DNA of 64,000 nucleotides, taken from contig CAVOGB010000009.1 in assembly GCA_963695145.1 (NCBI GenBank), forward strand, positions 437,904-501,903, written 5' to 3'. The stretch is from Ilumatobacteraceae bacterium. GTDB taxonomy: Bacteria; Actinomycetota; Acidimicrobiia; Acidimicrobiales; Ilumatobacteraceae. Below are positions 18,627 through 29,405 of the stretch, piece after piece. The notes beneath the pieces are model-generated. The model was not told the DNA's origin. It did not search any database and saw only the letters and a list, made by a program, of their open reading frames with translations. Within the stretch, counting starts at the first letter, position 1. Each line of letters starts with the position of its first letter. The position numbers and the translations under genes were made by a program.

Positions 18627-19817
18627 TCAGGGCAGCGAGATCCGCAGCAGGTCGAGCGCGTTCTGGCGGGTGATCTGTCGCGCCGTGTCGGCTGGCAGGC
18701 CGCCCAACGACTCCTCCACGAAGTCGGCGGGTTGACGCGTGCCCTCGGCGTGGGGCCAGTCCGAGCCGAGGAGCAGCCGGTCGGCGCGCACGTCGTCGAG
18801 CAGGCCGGCGACGTCGTCCTCCCAGAACGGCGTGATCCACACGTGCTCACCGAACTGTTCGCGGGGGTGCTCGGCGAAGAAGCCGGGGTTCCGGTTGGCG
18901 GCGTCATCGAGGCGGTGGAGCATGTCGGGGACCCACGACGCACCGTTCTCGACGCTGGCGAAGCGCAGGCCGGGGAACCGGTCGAACACCTTGTGGCACA
19001 GCGCGGCGGCGTAGAAGTCGCTGACGCCACGGCCCTTGGTGATGATGCCGCGCAGCGGCGATCGGAACAACGAGCTCTCGCCGCCGCCCGGTTCCCACAT
19101 CTGCACGAGGGGTTCGTAGGCGTCGATCCCGGCGTGCGTGGCGACCACGATCCCGGCGTCGGCGGCCAGCCCCCAGATCTCGTCGTAGGCCGGATCGAAC
19201 GGCGAGCGACGCCCGCCCGGAACGGCGACCGGGGCCGGGCGCACGTTGACCGCCACCGCCCCGGCGTCGATCACCCGGCGCAACTCGGCGGCCGCGGCGA
19301 CCGGCTCGACGAGCGCGAGGTACGGCACGGCGAAGATCCGGCCCTCGTAGCGATAGCCCCAGTCGTCCTCGAGCCACCGGTTGAACGCCTCGAACGACTT
19401 GGCACACGCCTGCGGATCGTGCTCCAACGCGTCCTCGATGCCCACGCCGAGGGTCGGGAACAGCAGGGTCCCGTCGACGCCCTGGTCGTCCATCACCTGC
19501 AAGCGGACGTCCCGCTCGCGGTACTCCGGTCGGATCGGTTCGAGTTCGCCGAACGCTTCGACGATCCCCTGCCGGCTCGGGTTGCCGCGATACCAGTCGA
19601 ACAACGCACCCGGCTTCGCCACCGGATCGAAGACCGGGTTGGCGATGTAGCTGTTCAGGGTTCCACCCACGAGCAGCCGCCGCCGGCCGTCGATGTCGGC
19701 CCACCGCACACCGCGATTGCGCAGCGCGCGGTCGGCGTGACGGGTGAACGCGTCGACCGCCTCGTAGTAGTGGTTGTCGAAGTCGAAGATCCCGACCGCA
19801 GCCGATGCTTCGCTCAT
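18627..19817 (-). CDS. Amidohydrolase_2 family protein
   Basis: 396 aa with an N-terminal FDFDNHYYE and ...LLGSDWPHAEG... typical of this family. Confidence 0.7.
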   Translation of the reverse strand: MSEASAAVGIFDFDNHYYEAVDAFTRHADRALRNRGVRWADIDGRRRLLVGGTLNSYIANPVFDPVAKPGALFDWYRGNPSRQGIVEAFGELEPIRPEYRERDVRLQVMDDQGVDGTLLFPTLGVGIEDALEHDPQACAKSFEAFNRWLEDDWGYRYEGRIFAVPYLALVEPVAAAAELRRVIDAGAVAVNVRPAPVAVPGGRRSPFDPAYDEIWGLAADAGIVVATHAGIDAYEPLVQMWEPGGGESSLFRSPLRGIITKGRGVSDFYAAALCHKVFDRFPGLRFASVENGASWVPDMLHRLDDAANRNPGFFAEHPREQFGEHVWITPFWEDDVAGLLDDVRADRLLLGSDWPHAEGTRQPADFVEESLGGLPADTARQITRQNALDLLRISLP

Positions 19818-19877
19818 GACGCCGCTCGTCGTCCCATCGTCCCCAGCTTCTCGGTCAGGCCGACCAGCCTACCAATT

Positions 19878-19889
19878 GTCGATATCGAC
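19878..19889. promoter_or_regulatory. Perfect 12-bp palindrome GTCGATATCGAC upstream of amidohydrolase gene 18627..19817
   Basis: Read directly; about 60 nt upstream of ATG 19817, in the gap after the stop of 19913..20581. Confidence 0.3.
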
Positions 19890-19912
19890 GTCGGCGTCAG
19901 AATGCTCTGCGT

Positions 19913-20581
19913 TCAGGCGACGATGACGGTGATCGTCTCCTGGTCGGTGGCGCCGATCTGGTCGGTGACCTGCAGCGTGAACGCGTACGTCCCGGCAATC
20001 GACGGGGTGCCGATGATGTTGCCGGCGGTGGTGCCCTGGAAGTTCGGCCCGGTCATGCCCGTGGGCAGCACGCCGGCGACGACGCTCCAGCGCACCGGTG
20101 TCGGGGTGGCGCCACTGTTCGTCGTGGTGTCGCACCCGCTGGTCGTGAAGAACACGACGCCGGCGACGCCGCGGGGAAGGGTCGTCGGAGCCTGCGGTGC
20201 GATCACGCACGTTCCGGTCGGCGGCGCCGGGGTGGGCGGCGGCGGTGCCACGCTCGGCGTGCAGCCGGAGAGGGTCACCGTCGCCGTCGGCGTCTGGCCG
20301 TCCCGGATCGTCACCTTGCAGTCCGGGGCGGTGAACCCCGACCTCTGGATCTTGAACCGTCCGTCGGTGCCGCTGCGGGCACTGGCCGCGCTCGTCGTCG
20401 ATTCGACGATCGTCAGGACGCCGGGCGCACCGCGGCCCTCGACGCGGAGCTGTCCGCCGCTCAGCTCGGCTCTCGTTGCGGTGACGGCACCGACCTGGCC
20501 GGGCGGTAACGCGACCGTGAACGCGGTGGCGGCCAGTACGCCGGCCAACACCGCGGTGCGGGTCAGACGAGCTCGGATCAT
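19913..20581 (-). CDS. Secreted hypothetical protein (signal peptide, Pro-rich linker, Ig-like beta-rich C-terminal domain?)
   Basis: MIRARLTRTAVLAGVLAATAFTVA is a signal-like N-terminus. There are four Cys residues and a PPPPTPAPPTG linker. The C-terminus ...GTPSIAGTYAFTLQVTDQIGATDQETITVIV resembles bacterial Ig-like repeats. Confidence 0.6.
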   Translation of the reverse strand: MIRARLTRTAVLAGVLAATAFTVALPPGQVGAVTATRAELSGGQLRVEGRGAPGVLTIVESTTSAASARSGTDGRFKIQRSGFTAPDCKVTIRDGQTPTATVTLSGCTPSVAPPPPTPAPPTGTCVIAPQAPTTLPRGVAGVVFFTTSGCDTTTNSGATPTPVRWSVVAGVLPTGMTGPNFQGTTAGNIIGTPSIAGTYAFTLQVTDQIGATDQETITVIVA

Positions 20582-20762
20582 GACGGCTCCCTTCGACGGT
20601 GGTCACGTCCAGCTTGGAACCGGCACGGGCCAGGTCACCATTGGCCGTTGGTCGTAGCACCGAAGGGCCGACGAACCGAGCCGACCCGAATCGGGTTTCC
20701 GGCGCCCTGCTAGAACAACAGCAGATCACCACCGACCCGATGGTCCAGGACAGGAGGAACCC

Positions 20763-21599
20763 GTGACCGACGTCGAGCGCAGCCAGATCCGCGATGGCGA
20801 GTACGTCATCAGCGACGAGGACCGCCGTCGGTTCGCCGAGCAGGGCTTCGTCCACCTGTCCGGACTCCTCACCGAGGACGAGGTCGACGAGATCGCCGTC
20901 GACTACGACCGTTTCCTGCGCCGCGAGATCGAGGTGCCGGGCAAGGACTTCTGCGACATGGCGGGCGACTACGGCCGCGACCCGGCCGACTACTCGATCG
21001 TCAACGTGATGTTGCCCCGCCGCTACTACCCGGCCTGGGTCGACAACATCGCCGAGCAGCGCAGCGCGTCCGTCGCCCGCCAGCTGTGCGGCGACGGCAT
21101 GGAACTCGACTACGACCAGCTCCTCGCCAAGCAGCCGTTCAAGGACGACGCGGTGTTCGCGTGGCACCAGGACATGGCCTACTGGCCCGACACGCCCGAC
21201 ACCCGCACCGCCACCATCTGGCTGGCGATCGACGACTCGACGATCGAGAACGGCTGCATGCGTTTCGTCCCCTCCACGATCCACGAACCGGCGCTGCGAC
21301 CGCACGCACCGATGTACGGCGACCGCGGCACCTCCCACGCACTGGGAACGGACCTCCGCGACGGCGACGACGTGGTCACGGTGCCGATCAGGAAAGGCGA
21401 CTGCACCGTGCACAACGAGCGGGTGATGCACGGCTCGGGCGGCAACCACACGGCCGGTTTCCGCCGCGCCTACATCCTCGCCTACCGCAGCACCGACACG
21501 ATCGCCACCGAGCGGGAGCTCGGCTTCACCCACAGCCACAACGATCAACTCGACGTGCTCGACGAGGTCGGCGTCGACGGCCAGACCCGCGCGGACTGA
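20763..21599 (+). CDS. Phytanoyl-CoA dioxygenase (PhyH) family Fe(II)/2-oxoglutarate oxygenase
   Basis: GTG 20763 follows the RBS AGGAGGA. The HxD motif in FAWHQDMAYWP and a distal His in VHNERVMHGSG are present. Confidence 0.8.
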   Translation: MTDVERSQIRDGEYVISDEDRRRFAEQGFVHLSGLLTEDEVDEIAVDYDRFLRREIEVPGKDFCDMAGDYGRDPADYSIVNVMLPRRYYPAWVDNIAEQRSASVARQLCGDGMELDYDQLLAKQPFKDDAVFAWHQDMAYWPDTPDTRTATIWLAIDDSTIENGCMRFVPSTIHEPALRPHAPMYGDRGTSHALGTDLRDGDDVVTVPIRKGDCTVHNERVMHGSGGNHTAGFRRAYILAYRSTDTIATERELGFTHSHNDQLDVLDEVGVDGQTRAD

Positions 21600-21601
21600 C
21601 G

Positions 21602-22288
21602 TCAGTCCGCAGTGGGCAGCTCGGCACTGACGTTCGCGACGCGCTCGTCGAAGCTCAGCATCCCGCCGATGGCCATGCTCTCGGCGAGCGGATCCTCGTA
21701 GCTCCAGGCGATGTCGGCGAACGTCGTGCCGGCGACCACGGCGCTCCACCAGCTGGCGTGGCCCTTGTACGAGCACCAGCTCGACGACGGACTCGGCGTC
21801 AGCAGGTCCATGCGCACGTCCGCCTTGGCGACGTACAACCGCGGCGCCAGCGCCGTCTCGAACACGACGAGGGTGCGCGACGTGTCCACCAGGACGAGCC
21901 CGCCGGCCTCGACTCGAAGTCGGCGCGACCCCGGCATGCAGTCGACGCGATGGTACGGATTCTTCGGATAGCGCTGGTGGGTGAGGTGGACGTCCTCCTC
22001 GAACCAGGCGTCGACGCGGTCCCACGGCACCGCGACGTGACCGGGCACCATCGGCTCGGGGTCGGCCAGTTCGGCCGGCACGTCGTCGATCGGGAACGCG
22101 TACGACGTCGGCAGTCCGGGCCGGTGCACCAACTGGGCCCGCTCGGTGTCGATCACCGTGCGCTCGCCGATGCGGGCCCGGAGACGACGCGGGTACGGCT
22201 CGACGTAGACGGCTCCCGGCGCCATGGTGGGAACGAAGCGACCGGCCGGCTCCGGGCTGAGCGGGCCATGACCGGTGGTGAGGCTCAC
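21602..22288 (-). CDS. DUF427 domain protein (two DUF427-like halves)
   Basis: ...YVEPYPRRLRARIGERTVIDT... and ...RRLRVEAGGLVLVDT...CSYKGHASWWS... are typical DUF427 patterns. GTG 22288 overlaps the upstream stop (GTGA); the alternative start is ATG 22225. Confidence 0.65.
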   Translation of the reverse strand: MSLTTGHGPLSPEPAGRFVPTMAPGAVYVEPYPRRLRARIGERTVIDTERAQLVHRPGLPTSYAFPIDDVPAELADPEPMVPGHVAVPWDRVDAWFEEDVHLTHQRYPKNPYHRVDCMPGSRRLRVEAGGLVLVDTSRTLVVFETALAPRLYVAKADVRMDLLTPSPSSSWCSYKGHASWWSAVVAGTTFADIAWSYEDPLAESMAIGGMLSFDERVANVSAELPTAD

Positions 22289-23151
22289 AGCGAACTCCGG
22301 TAGTCGCCGGTGGTGGAACCACCGAACGCCCGCACCATCGCGTCGACGGTGAACGACGCCAGCAGATCGCCGTCGCGGGCGTGGACCCGACATTCGGAGT
22401 GGGTCATGCCGCCGGCCGCCGAGGTCGAGAGATGGTGGTAGAGCATCCACTCGTCGGCGCGTACGTCGCGATGGAAGCTGATGCTGATGGCGTTGATGCC
22501 CGTCGACAGCGTCACGTGGGCCTGCTGCTCACCGACACCGTCGTGGGCGCGCAGCGCCGCACCGATCGAGAGGTGCCCGGTGAACTGCGCCAGGAGCCCG
22601 GCGTGGATGGCCGGATCATCCGCGACGCGGGCAAAGCGCACCCAGGCGTCGAGCACGGGCGGGCCCACCGGGGCGTGTGGGTCGCCGGTGTACGCCGCGT
22701 CGACGATGCGCACGTCACGACCGGTGACGCCCATGTCGTGGGCAGGAGTGTCGTCCGGCGGCGTCACGTCGGGCGCAGACACGGCGTGACGGATCACGTC
22801 GGCGGCGACGCTGTCGAGCAGGAGGACGCCCGTGGCACACGTCCGGTCGTCCTGCTCGACGCGCGCGGTGATCGTGGAGAACGTCCGACCGTGCGAGAGC
22901 ACGTCGAGCACGAACACGAGCGGCGCCCGCACGTCGGCGGCACGGATCATCACCATCGACGCCGACACGGCGCGGCGGCCGGCCGTTTCGCGCATCGCGG
23001 CCACGATCATCTGCCCGAGGATCTGGCTGGCCTCGACGACCGGGCGCCGCCAGTCGGCGTGGGGCACGCTGACATACCGCGCGGCGCCGGCTGGGCGCAC
23101 GTCGATCATGTCGACGAGGTCGGCGGCGTCGCCCCAGTTCGGGAACCGCAC
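22285..23151 (-). CDS. Acyl-CoA thioesterase II-like (TesB family) protein
   Basis: DLVDMIDVRPAG...VVEASQILGQMIVAAM... and the C-terminal half ...MTHSECRVHARDGDLLASFTVDAMVR match TesB. The start is uncertain (GTG 23151, ATG 23109 or ATG 23220); see the DUF427 ORF immediately upstream. Confidence 0.7.
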   Translation of the reverse strand: MRFPNWGDAADLVDMIDVRPAGAARYVSVPHADWRRPVVEASQILGQMIVAAMRETAGRRAVSASMVMIRAADVRAPLVFVLDVLSHGRTFSTITARVEQDDRTCATGVLLLDSVAADVIRHAVSAPDVTPPDDTPAHDMGVTGRDVRIVDAAYTGDPHAPVGPPVLDAWVRFARVADDPAIHAGLLAQFTGHLSIGAALRAHDGVGEQQAHVTLSTGINAISISFHRDVRADEWMLYHHLSTSAAGGMTHSECRVHARDGDLLASFTVDAMVRAFGGSTTGDYRSSL

Positions 23152-23416
23152 GAGCGGGCCGCCCCGGATCGGTGCCGTTGACGAGGCCGAGACGGACGCA
23201 CTCCGGGTCGAAGGCGACATGGCCGTCGAGTTCCCCGGCGCCCCACGTCAGCACGTCGCCCGCATCGTCGAGCCGGTCGACGCGCACGTCGGCCACCGGG
23301 AACCACAGGATCGGCGCTCGGTCGGCCCCGTCGTCCCGGATCGCCGAGGTCGAATCGGCAACCACTTCGTCGCCCTGCCATGCCCGGGCCCGATACGCGC
23401 ACGGCACCAACGACAT
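23152..23416 (-). CDS. DUF427-like ORF with no in-frame stop before the TesB gene; possibly the N-terminal domain of a DUF427-TesB fusion broken by a 1-nt indel
   Basis: ATG 23416 follows the RBS GGGAGGA. MSLVPCAYRARAWQGDEVVADSTSAIRDDGADRAPILWFPVADVRVDRL...GHVAFDPECVRLGLV is DUF427-like. This frame then runs open to 22715 over the TesB gene. Removing one G from the run at 23162-23165 would join it to ...GGPLVRFPNWGDAADLVDMIDV. Confidence 0.4.
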
Positions 23417-23472
23417 CGTCCGATCCTCCCACGCTTCCATTCGGTCACTCACGCCCGGTCAATTCTCACCGG

Positions 23473-24555
23473 TCACTCCCGCCCGGCGAGTTCGAGGGAG
23501 TCGAGGTCGCGGATCGCGGCGCACGATCGGCGGGCCATGGCGAGGAACATCTCGTCGGCAGCCACGGAACGGTCCCCGGTGGCGAACGCACATCCCATCG
23601 TCGTGATCATCGGACCCTGCAGCTGGCCGAGCCGGTAGTCGTCGAAGCACCGGCCGGCGTCGTAGCCCGACACGCCGCGGGCACACAGCGCCTCGTGGTA
23701 GTCGGTGACGAGGCCACGCTCGGCCGCCCTGCGGTCGTCGACCGAGAGGCTCGTGCCGAGGAAGTAGGCCAGGTCGCGCATCGGGGGTCCGACGGCCAGC
23801 GTCTGCCAGTCGACGGCGACGACGTCGGCGCCGGCCGGGTCGAACAGCAGATTGTCGAGGCGATAATCGCCGTGCAGCACGCTGAACGGGAAGGGGCGGG
23901 CCTGGTGCCAACGCGTCATCACGGCCGCCGCGGTGCGCAGGGTGTCCACATCGGTCCCGTCGAGTTCCGCCGCGAATCGGGCGACGAACGTCTCCGTGGC
24001 CGCCGCCACCATCGATCCGACGTACTCCGCCCCGGCCGCGGTCGGACGCGTCAGGAACGACAGGTCGAACACCGATTCGTCGTTCCAGCGGCCGGCGTGG
24101 AGAGCGGCCAGGTTCGACACGGCGAGGCGCGCCTGTCCGATCGTGCACCCCGCGGCCTGGACACCCGGCCGGCGCGGGGCGAGATCGTCGAGCAGCAGGG
24201 TGAACGCCAGCGAGTCGGCGGTGATCGCGCCGTACCAGCACCGCGGCGTGGCCACTTCGACCGTCGAGGCGATGTCGCGGTAGAACCCGACCTCGCTCCG
24301 ATAGCCGTTGCGCACGCGCCGGCGGGCGCTCGCGTCGCCGGCGCCGACCTTGGCGACGAGCGTCAGCGGCCCGTCGGTGCTGTCGATCGCGAGCCGGTAG
24401 GCGGCACCGGTCTGTCCCGTGCCGATCCGCTCGGCGGCGACCGCTGTCACCTGCCGCCCGAGGGCCTGCGACAGCCAGGTGGCGGTCATCTCCTCGGGTC
24501 CGTCGACGACCGGAGCCCACGCGCCGTCGGATCCTGGCCGCGACGCGCCGGTCAC
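23473..24555 (-). CDS. Phosphotransferase (APH/choline-kinase-like) family protein
   Basis: It has the Brenner-type motif VLHGDYRLDNLLF and the downstream VAVDWQ...MRDLAYF. GTG 24555 overlaps the upstream stop. Confidence 0.8.
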   Translation of the reverse strand: MTGASRPGSDGAWAPVVDGPEEMTATWLSQALGRQVTAVAAERIGTGQTGAAYRLAIDSTDGPLTLVAKVGAGDASARRRVRNGYRSEVGFYRDIASTVEVATPRCWYGAITADSLAFTLLLDDLAPRRPGVQAAGCTIGQARLAVSNLAALHAGRWNDESVFDLSFLTRPTAAGAEYVGSMVAAATETFVARFAAELDGTDVDTLRTAAAVMTRWHQARPFPFSVLHGDYRLDNLLFDPAGADVVAVDWQTLAVGPPMRDLAYFLGTSLSVDDRRAAERGLVTDYHEALCARGVSGYDAGRCFDDYRLGQLQGPMITTMGCAFATGDRSVAADEMFLAMARRSCAAIRDLDSLELAGRE

Positions 24556-25403
24556 GCGCGCAACGAGGCGACGACGACGGCGCCGAGTTCGCCGGTCTCG
24601 TCGACGAGTTCGATCCGGGCGACATCGCCCTCGACGGTCGCCTGGGCGAACGCCGACGTGCGCCGGAAGCCGCGCAGGTAGCGGATCCCCAGCGAGGCGA
24701 TCTCACGGTCCGGCTGGGCGTCGAGCACGGCTTCCTCGGCGCAGAGCGCCAGCAGACCTCCCTGCAGGGCGCCGGTCGCATTGATGTTGTCGAGCCGGTA
24801 CGGCAGTTCGGCCCGCCCACCACCGAGGCGACGCACGCCGGCGCGCTCGGCGAACGGAGCGGTCAATCGACCGCGCTCCGCGTCGGTGGAGACCAGCCCG
24901 AAACCGTTCGGCACGACGTGGTCGGGATTGGGCGACGCCATGAACCCGGCGTGCCCGAAACCGACGCGGACGCCGTCCGCCGAGGTGATGTCGAATCCCA
25001 TGACCACGATGCGCCGGCCGGCGCGCACCACGTTCGAGCGACAGCGGATCCCGTCGCCCGCCTCGAACCCGGCACCGGACGGCGACCGGACGAGGTGGAG
25101 ATCGAGATCGAGCGTGACGCAGATCGACGGGGCGAACTTGCTGTTGGCGAACTTGCCGGCGACGATGTCGGCGTACGTCGCCAGCACCGAGGGGCGCAGC
25201 ACATCGGTGCCCGGTACGAACATCTCCGGGACGATCTCGCCGATGCCGACGAGACCGTCAGTGACACTGTCGAGACCGGAACCATCGGGCCCGGCACCGT
25301 CCAGATGCGTGAGCAGGGCCAGGTCGCGGATCGACCCGCCGTGCTCGCTGAGATACGTGCTCACATCGGGCACCGTCTGGTCGACGGCCCGTTCGGTGGC
25401 CAC
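24552..25403 (-). CDS. Hotdog-fold (PaaI-like thioesterase) protein, apparently two hotdog halves
   Basis: 283 aa with two segments of hotdog-like pattern (...VRAGRRIVVMGFDITSADGVRVGFGHAGF... and ...ATGALQGGLLALCAEEA...ATVEGDVARIELVDETGELGAVVVASL). Confidence 0.5.
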   Translation of the reverse strand: MATERAVDQTVPDVSTYLSEHGGSIRDLALLTHLDGAGPDGSGLDSVTDGLVGIGEIVPEMFVPGTDVLRPSVLATYADIVAGKFANSKFAPSICVTLDLDLHLVRSPSGAGFEAGDGIRCRSNVVRAGRRIVVMGFDITSADGVRVGFGHAGFMASPNPDHVVPNGFGLVSTDAERGRLTAPFAERAGVRRLGGGRAELPYRLDNINATGALQGGLLALCAEEAVLDAQPDREIASLGIRYLRGFRRTSAFAQATVEGDVARIELVDETGELGAVVVASLRA

Positions 25404-25423
25404 CTGGTACAGGGCGAACGCGC

Positions 25424-26890
<1,467 letters not shown>

Positions 26891-27004
26891 AGCTGTTCGT
26901 CCCTCTCTCGAAAACCCTCGAAACGTGTCGAAACCGGTCGCCCGAGTGGACACGGCGCCGATGTCGGCGTCGCACCCATCTTCGCGTAGGTTTCCCGTCG
27001 TTGT

Positions 27005-27019
27005 GAAATTATCATTCTC
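27005..27019. promoter_or_regulatory. Candidate operator dyad GAAATTATCATTCTC (site 3 of 9)
   Basis: It lies in the divergent ALDH (26890, -) / ACAD (27091, +) promoter region, inside the AT-rich stretch ttgtgaaattatcattctcatc. Confidence 0.45.
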
Positions 27020-27090
27020 ATCGGGGTGCAACGAGATTTCCACTCGCTCGACCCCCACGCGACCCGCACAGCGAGACGGATGGAGCCCGC

Positions 27091-28212
27091 ATGGATTTCG
27101 AACTCGATGACGACCAGCGCCAGCTGCAGGACACCGTGCGCGGCATCGTCGACAAGGAGTGCTCGCCGTCGTTCGTCCGGGCGGTGATCGACGACGGCAT
27201 CGACCCCGCCGGATGGTGGGCCACGATGGTCGAGCTCGACTGGCCCGCCCTGACGATCGCCGAAGAACACGGCGGTCTCGGGATGGGGTGGGTCGAGCTG
27301 GCGATCCTGCTCGAGGAACTCGGCCGGGCGACCGACCCGTCGCCGTTCGTCGGCACGACCACCCAGTTCGCACCCGCGATCACGCACTGCGGCGACGCCG
27401 CCCAACAGGCGCGGTGGCTCGGTGGCGTCGCCGCCGGAACGATCACCGGGGCGCTGGCACTCGGCGCCGACACCGTCACCGCCACGCCGACCCAGGCCGG
27501 ATGGCGGCTCGACGGGACGGTGCGCCACGTCGTGGACGGCGATCGCGCCGACGAGATCGCGGTCGTCGCCACCGTCAGGAATGAGCGCGGCGACGGCGCG
27601 CCGGCCGTGTTCGTCGTCGAGCGCGCCGCCGCCGGGCTGGCCGCCGAACGGACGCCGGCGTTCGACCTGCTCGTGCACATCGCCGACGTCACGCTCGCCG
27701 GGGTCGAGGTCGCCGCCGACCGGCGGCTCGACGGTGACGACGTCACGGTCGGCATCGAACGCGCCATCGCCGAGGCCACGCTCGGCTGGGCGATCCCGAC
27801 CGTCGGTGCGTCGCAGCGGATCCTCGACATGACCGTCGACTACGTCAAGGAACGGCACCAGTTCGGGGTGCCGATCGGATCGTTCCAAGCGGTCAAGCAC
27901 AAGGCGGTCGACATGTACGTCGCCATCGAACGGGCGCGGGCGGTGTGCCAGTACGCGGCGCTCGTCCTGGCCGAGAACGATCCGGACCACAACGATCCGA
28001 GCTGGCGCACCGCCGTGTCGATGGCCAAGGCCGCCGCCGGTGACTGCCAGAAGGTCGCCATCGCCAACGGCATCCAGCTGTTCGGCGGGATCGGTTTCAC
28101 CTGGGAGAACGATCTCCAGATCAGCGTGCGGCGGGCCAAGCTCGGCGAGGTGATGTTCGGCAGTGCCGCCGAACATCGTCGCCACATCGCCAAGGAGGCG
28201 TTGGCGTCATGA
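27091..28212 (+). CDS. Acyl-CoA dehydrogenase family protein, partner subunit of an alpha/beta pair
   Basis: ACAD fold (RHQFGVPIGSFQAVKHKAVD). The C-terminal motif reads GGIGFTWENDLQISVRR rather than GGTxEIxRN. Confidence 0.85.
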   Translation: MDFELDDDQRQLQDTVRGIVDKECSPSFVRAVIDDGIDPAGWWATMVELDWPALTIAEEHGGLGMGWVELAILLEELGRATDPSPFVGTTTQFAPAITHCGDAAQQARWLGGVAAGTITGALALGADTVTATPTQAGWRLDGTVRHVVDGDRADEIAVVATVRNERGDGAPAVFVVERAAAGLAAERTPAFDLLVHIADVTLAGVEVAADRRLDGDDVTVGIERAIAEATLGWAIPTVGASQRILDMTVDYVKERHQFGVPIGSFQAVKHKAVDMYVAIERARAVCQYAALVLAENDPDHNDPSWRTAVSMAKAAAGDCQKVAIANGIQLFGGIGFTWENDLQISVRRAKLGEVMFGSAAEHRRHIAKEALAS

Positions 28213-29405
28213 ATCTCACCTTCCCACCCGAGGTCGAGGCCGTGCGCGCCGAGTTCGCCGCCTGGCTCGACGAGAACCTCCCGCCGGCGGAGACGACGTT
28301 CCCACGGGCGAAGTCGTCGGCCGACGTGCCGCCCTGGGCGCGCGCGTTCCAGGCGGCGATGTTCGACGCCGGATGGTTGCTGCCCGGCCAGCCCCCCGAG
28401 TTCGGAGGACGCAACGCTGCGCTGCTCGAGCAGTTCGTGATCGAGGACGAACTGGTGCGCCGCCGCATCTACCACAGCTTCAACCCGCAGGGCGTCAGCA
28501 TCATCGCCGCCTCGATCCTCATGTTCGGCACGGCCGAGCAGAAGCAGCGCTGGGCGGTGCCCCTGCTGCGCGCCGAGATCACCGCCGCGCTCGGCATGAG
28601 CGAGCCGAACGCGGGCAGCGACCTCGCCGGGCTGCGCACCCGCGCCGTGATCGACGGCGACGAGTTCGTCGTCAACGGTCAGAAGGTGTGGACGTCGGGT
28701 GCCCACGACGCCGACATCATCTTCACCTTCGTCCGCACCGACCCCGACGCACCGAAGCACAAGGGCCTGAGCGCGGTCATCATCCCCACCGACACCGCCG
28801 GCGTCACGCGGCGCCCGTTCGGTTCGATCACGAGCCACGACGACCTCGACTTCAACGAAGTCTTCTTCGACGACGCCCGCGTGCCCGTCGCCAACCTCGT
28901 CGGCGAACTCGACCAGGGGTGGCGGGTCGCCACGGGTGCGCTCGGCGAGGAGCGGGCGATGCTCTGGCTGAGCCAGTACGAACGCCTCGAGGACGCCGCG
29001 GTCAACTTCGCCGACCACGTCCGTGGCACCGCCCTTGCCGACGACCCGCTCACGCAGGACTGGTACGGGAAACTGCTGATCGACGCCATGGCGCTGCGTC
29101 TGCTCGGGTACCGCACCGTCGCCGAGTCGGCCCGGGGCAAGCAGACGGCCCTGCAGTCGATCCTCAAACTGCTGGGATCGGAGGCCGCCCAGGCCGCCGC
29201 GCTGAACTCCCTGGAGACGCTCGGGCCCGATCTCGTGCTCGACCGCGACCGCCCGAGCACGCCGCACAACCCGTGGCACCTCGACGTCTACACCGAGTCG
29301 TGGTTCAACCGGTACGTGCGCTCGTTCGCCATGACGATCGCCGGCGGAACGTCGGAGATCCAACGCAACATCATCGGCGAGCACGTGCTCGGCCTGCCGC
29401 GATGA
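28209..29405 (+). CDS. Acyl-CoA dehydrogenase, catalytic-type subunit
   Basis: ATG 28209 overlaps the upstream stop (ATGA). MSEPNAGSDLAGL and IAGGTSEIQRNIIGEHVLGLP are present. Confidence 0.9.
   Translation: MNLTFPPEVEAVRAEFAAWLDENLPPAETTFPRAKSSADVPPWARAFQAAMFDAGWLLPGQPPEFGGRNAALLEQFVIEDELVRRRIYHSFNPQGVSIIAASILMFGTAEQKQRWAVPLLRAEITAALGMSEPNAGSDLAGLRTRAVIDGDEFVVNGQKVWTSGAHDADIIFTFVRTDPDAPKHKGLSAVIIPTDTAGVTRRPFGSITSHDDLDFNEVFFDDARVPVANLVGELDQGWRVATGALGEERAMLWLSQYERLEDAAVNFADHVRGTALADDPLTQDWYGKLLIDAMALRLLGYRTVAESARGKQTALQSILKLLGSEAAQAAALNSLETLGPDLVLDRDRPSTPHNPWHLDVYTESWFNRYVRSFAMTIAGGTSEIQRNIIGEHVLGLPR

Noticed and set aside
19895-19910. CAGAATGCTCTG near 19900, and half-sites such as gagaattgacc (about 23455-23470) and aattctcgaa (about 31790), as extra members of the operator family.
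   Set aside because: They have the wrong spacing (12-mer) or only one half-site, so including them would inflate the motif set.
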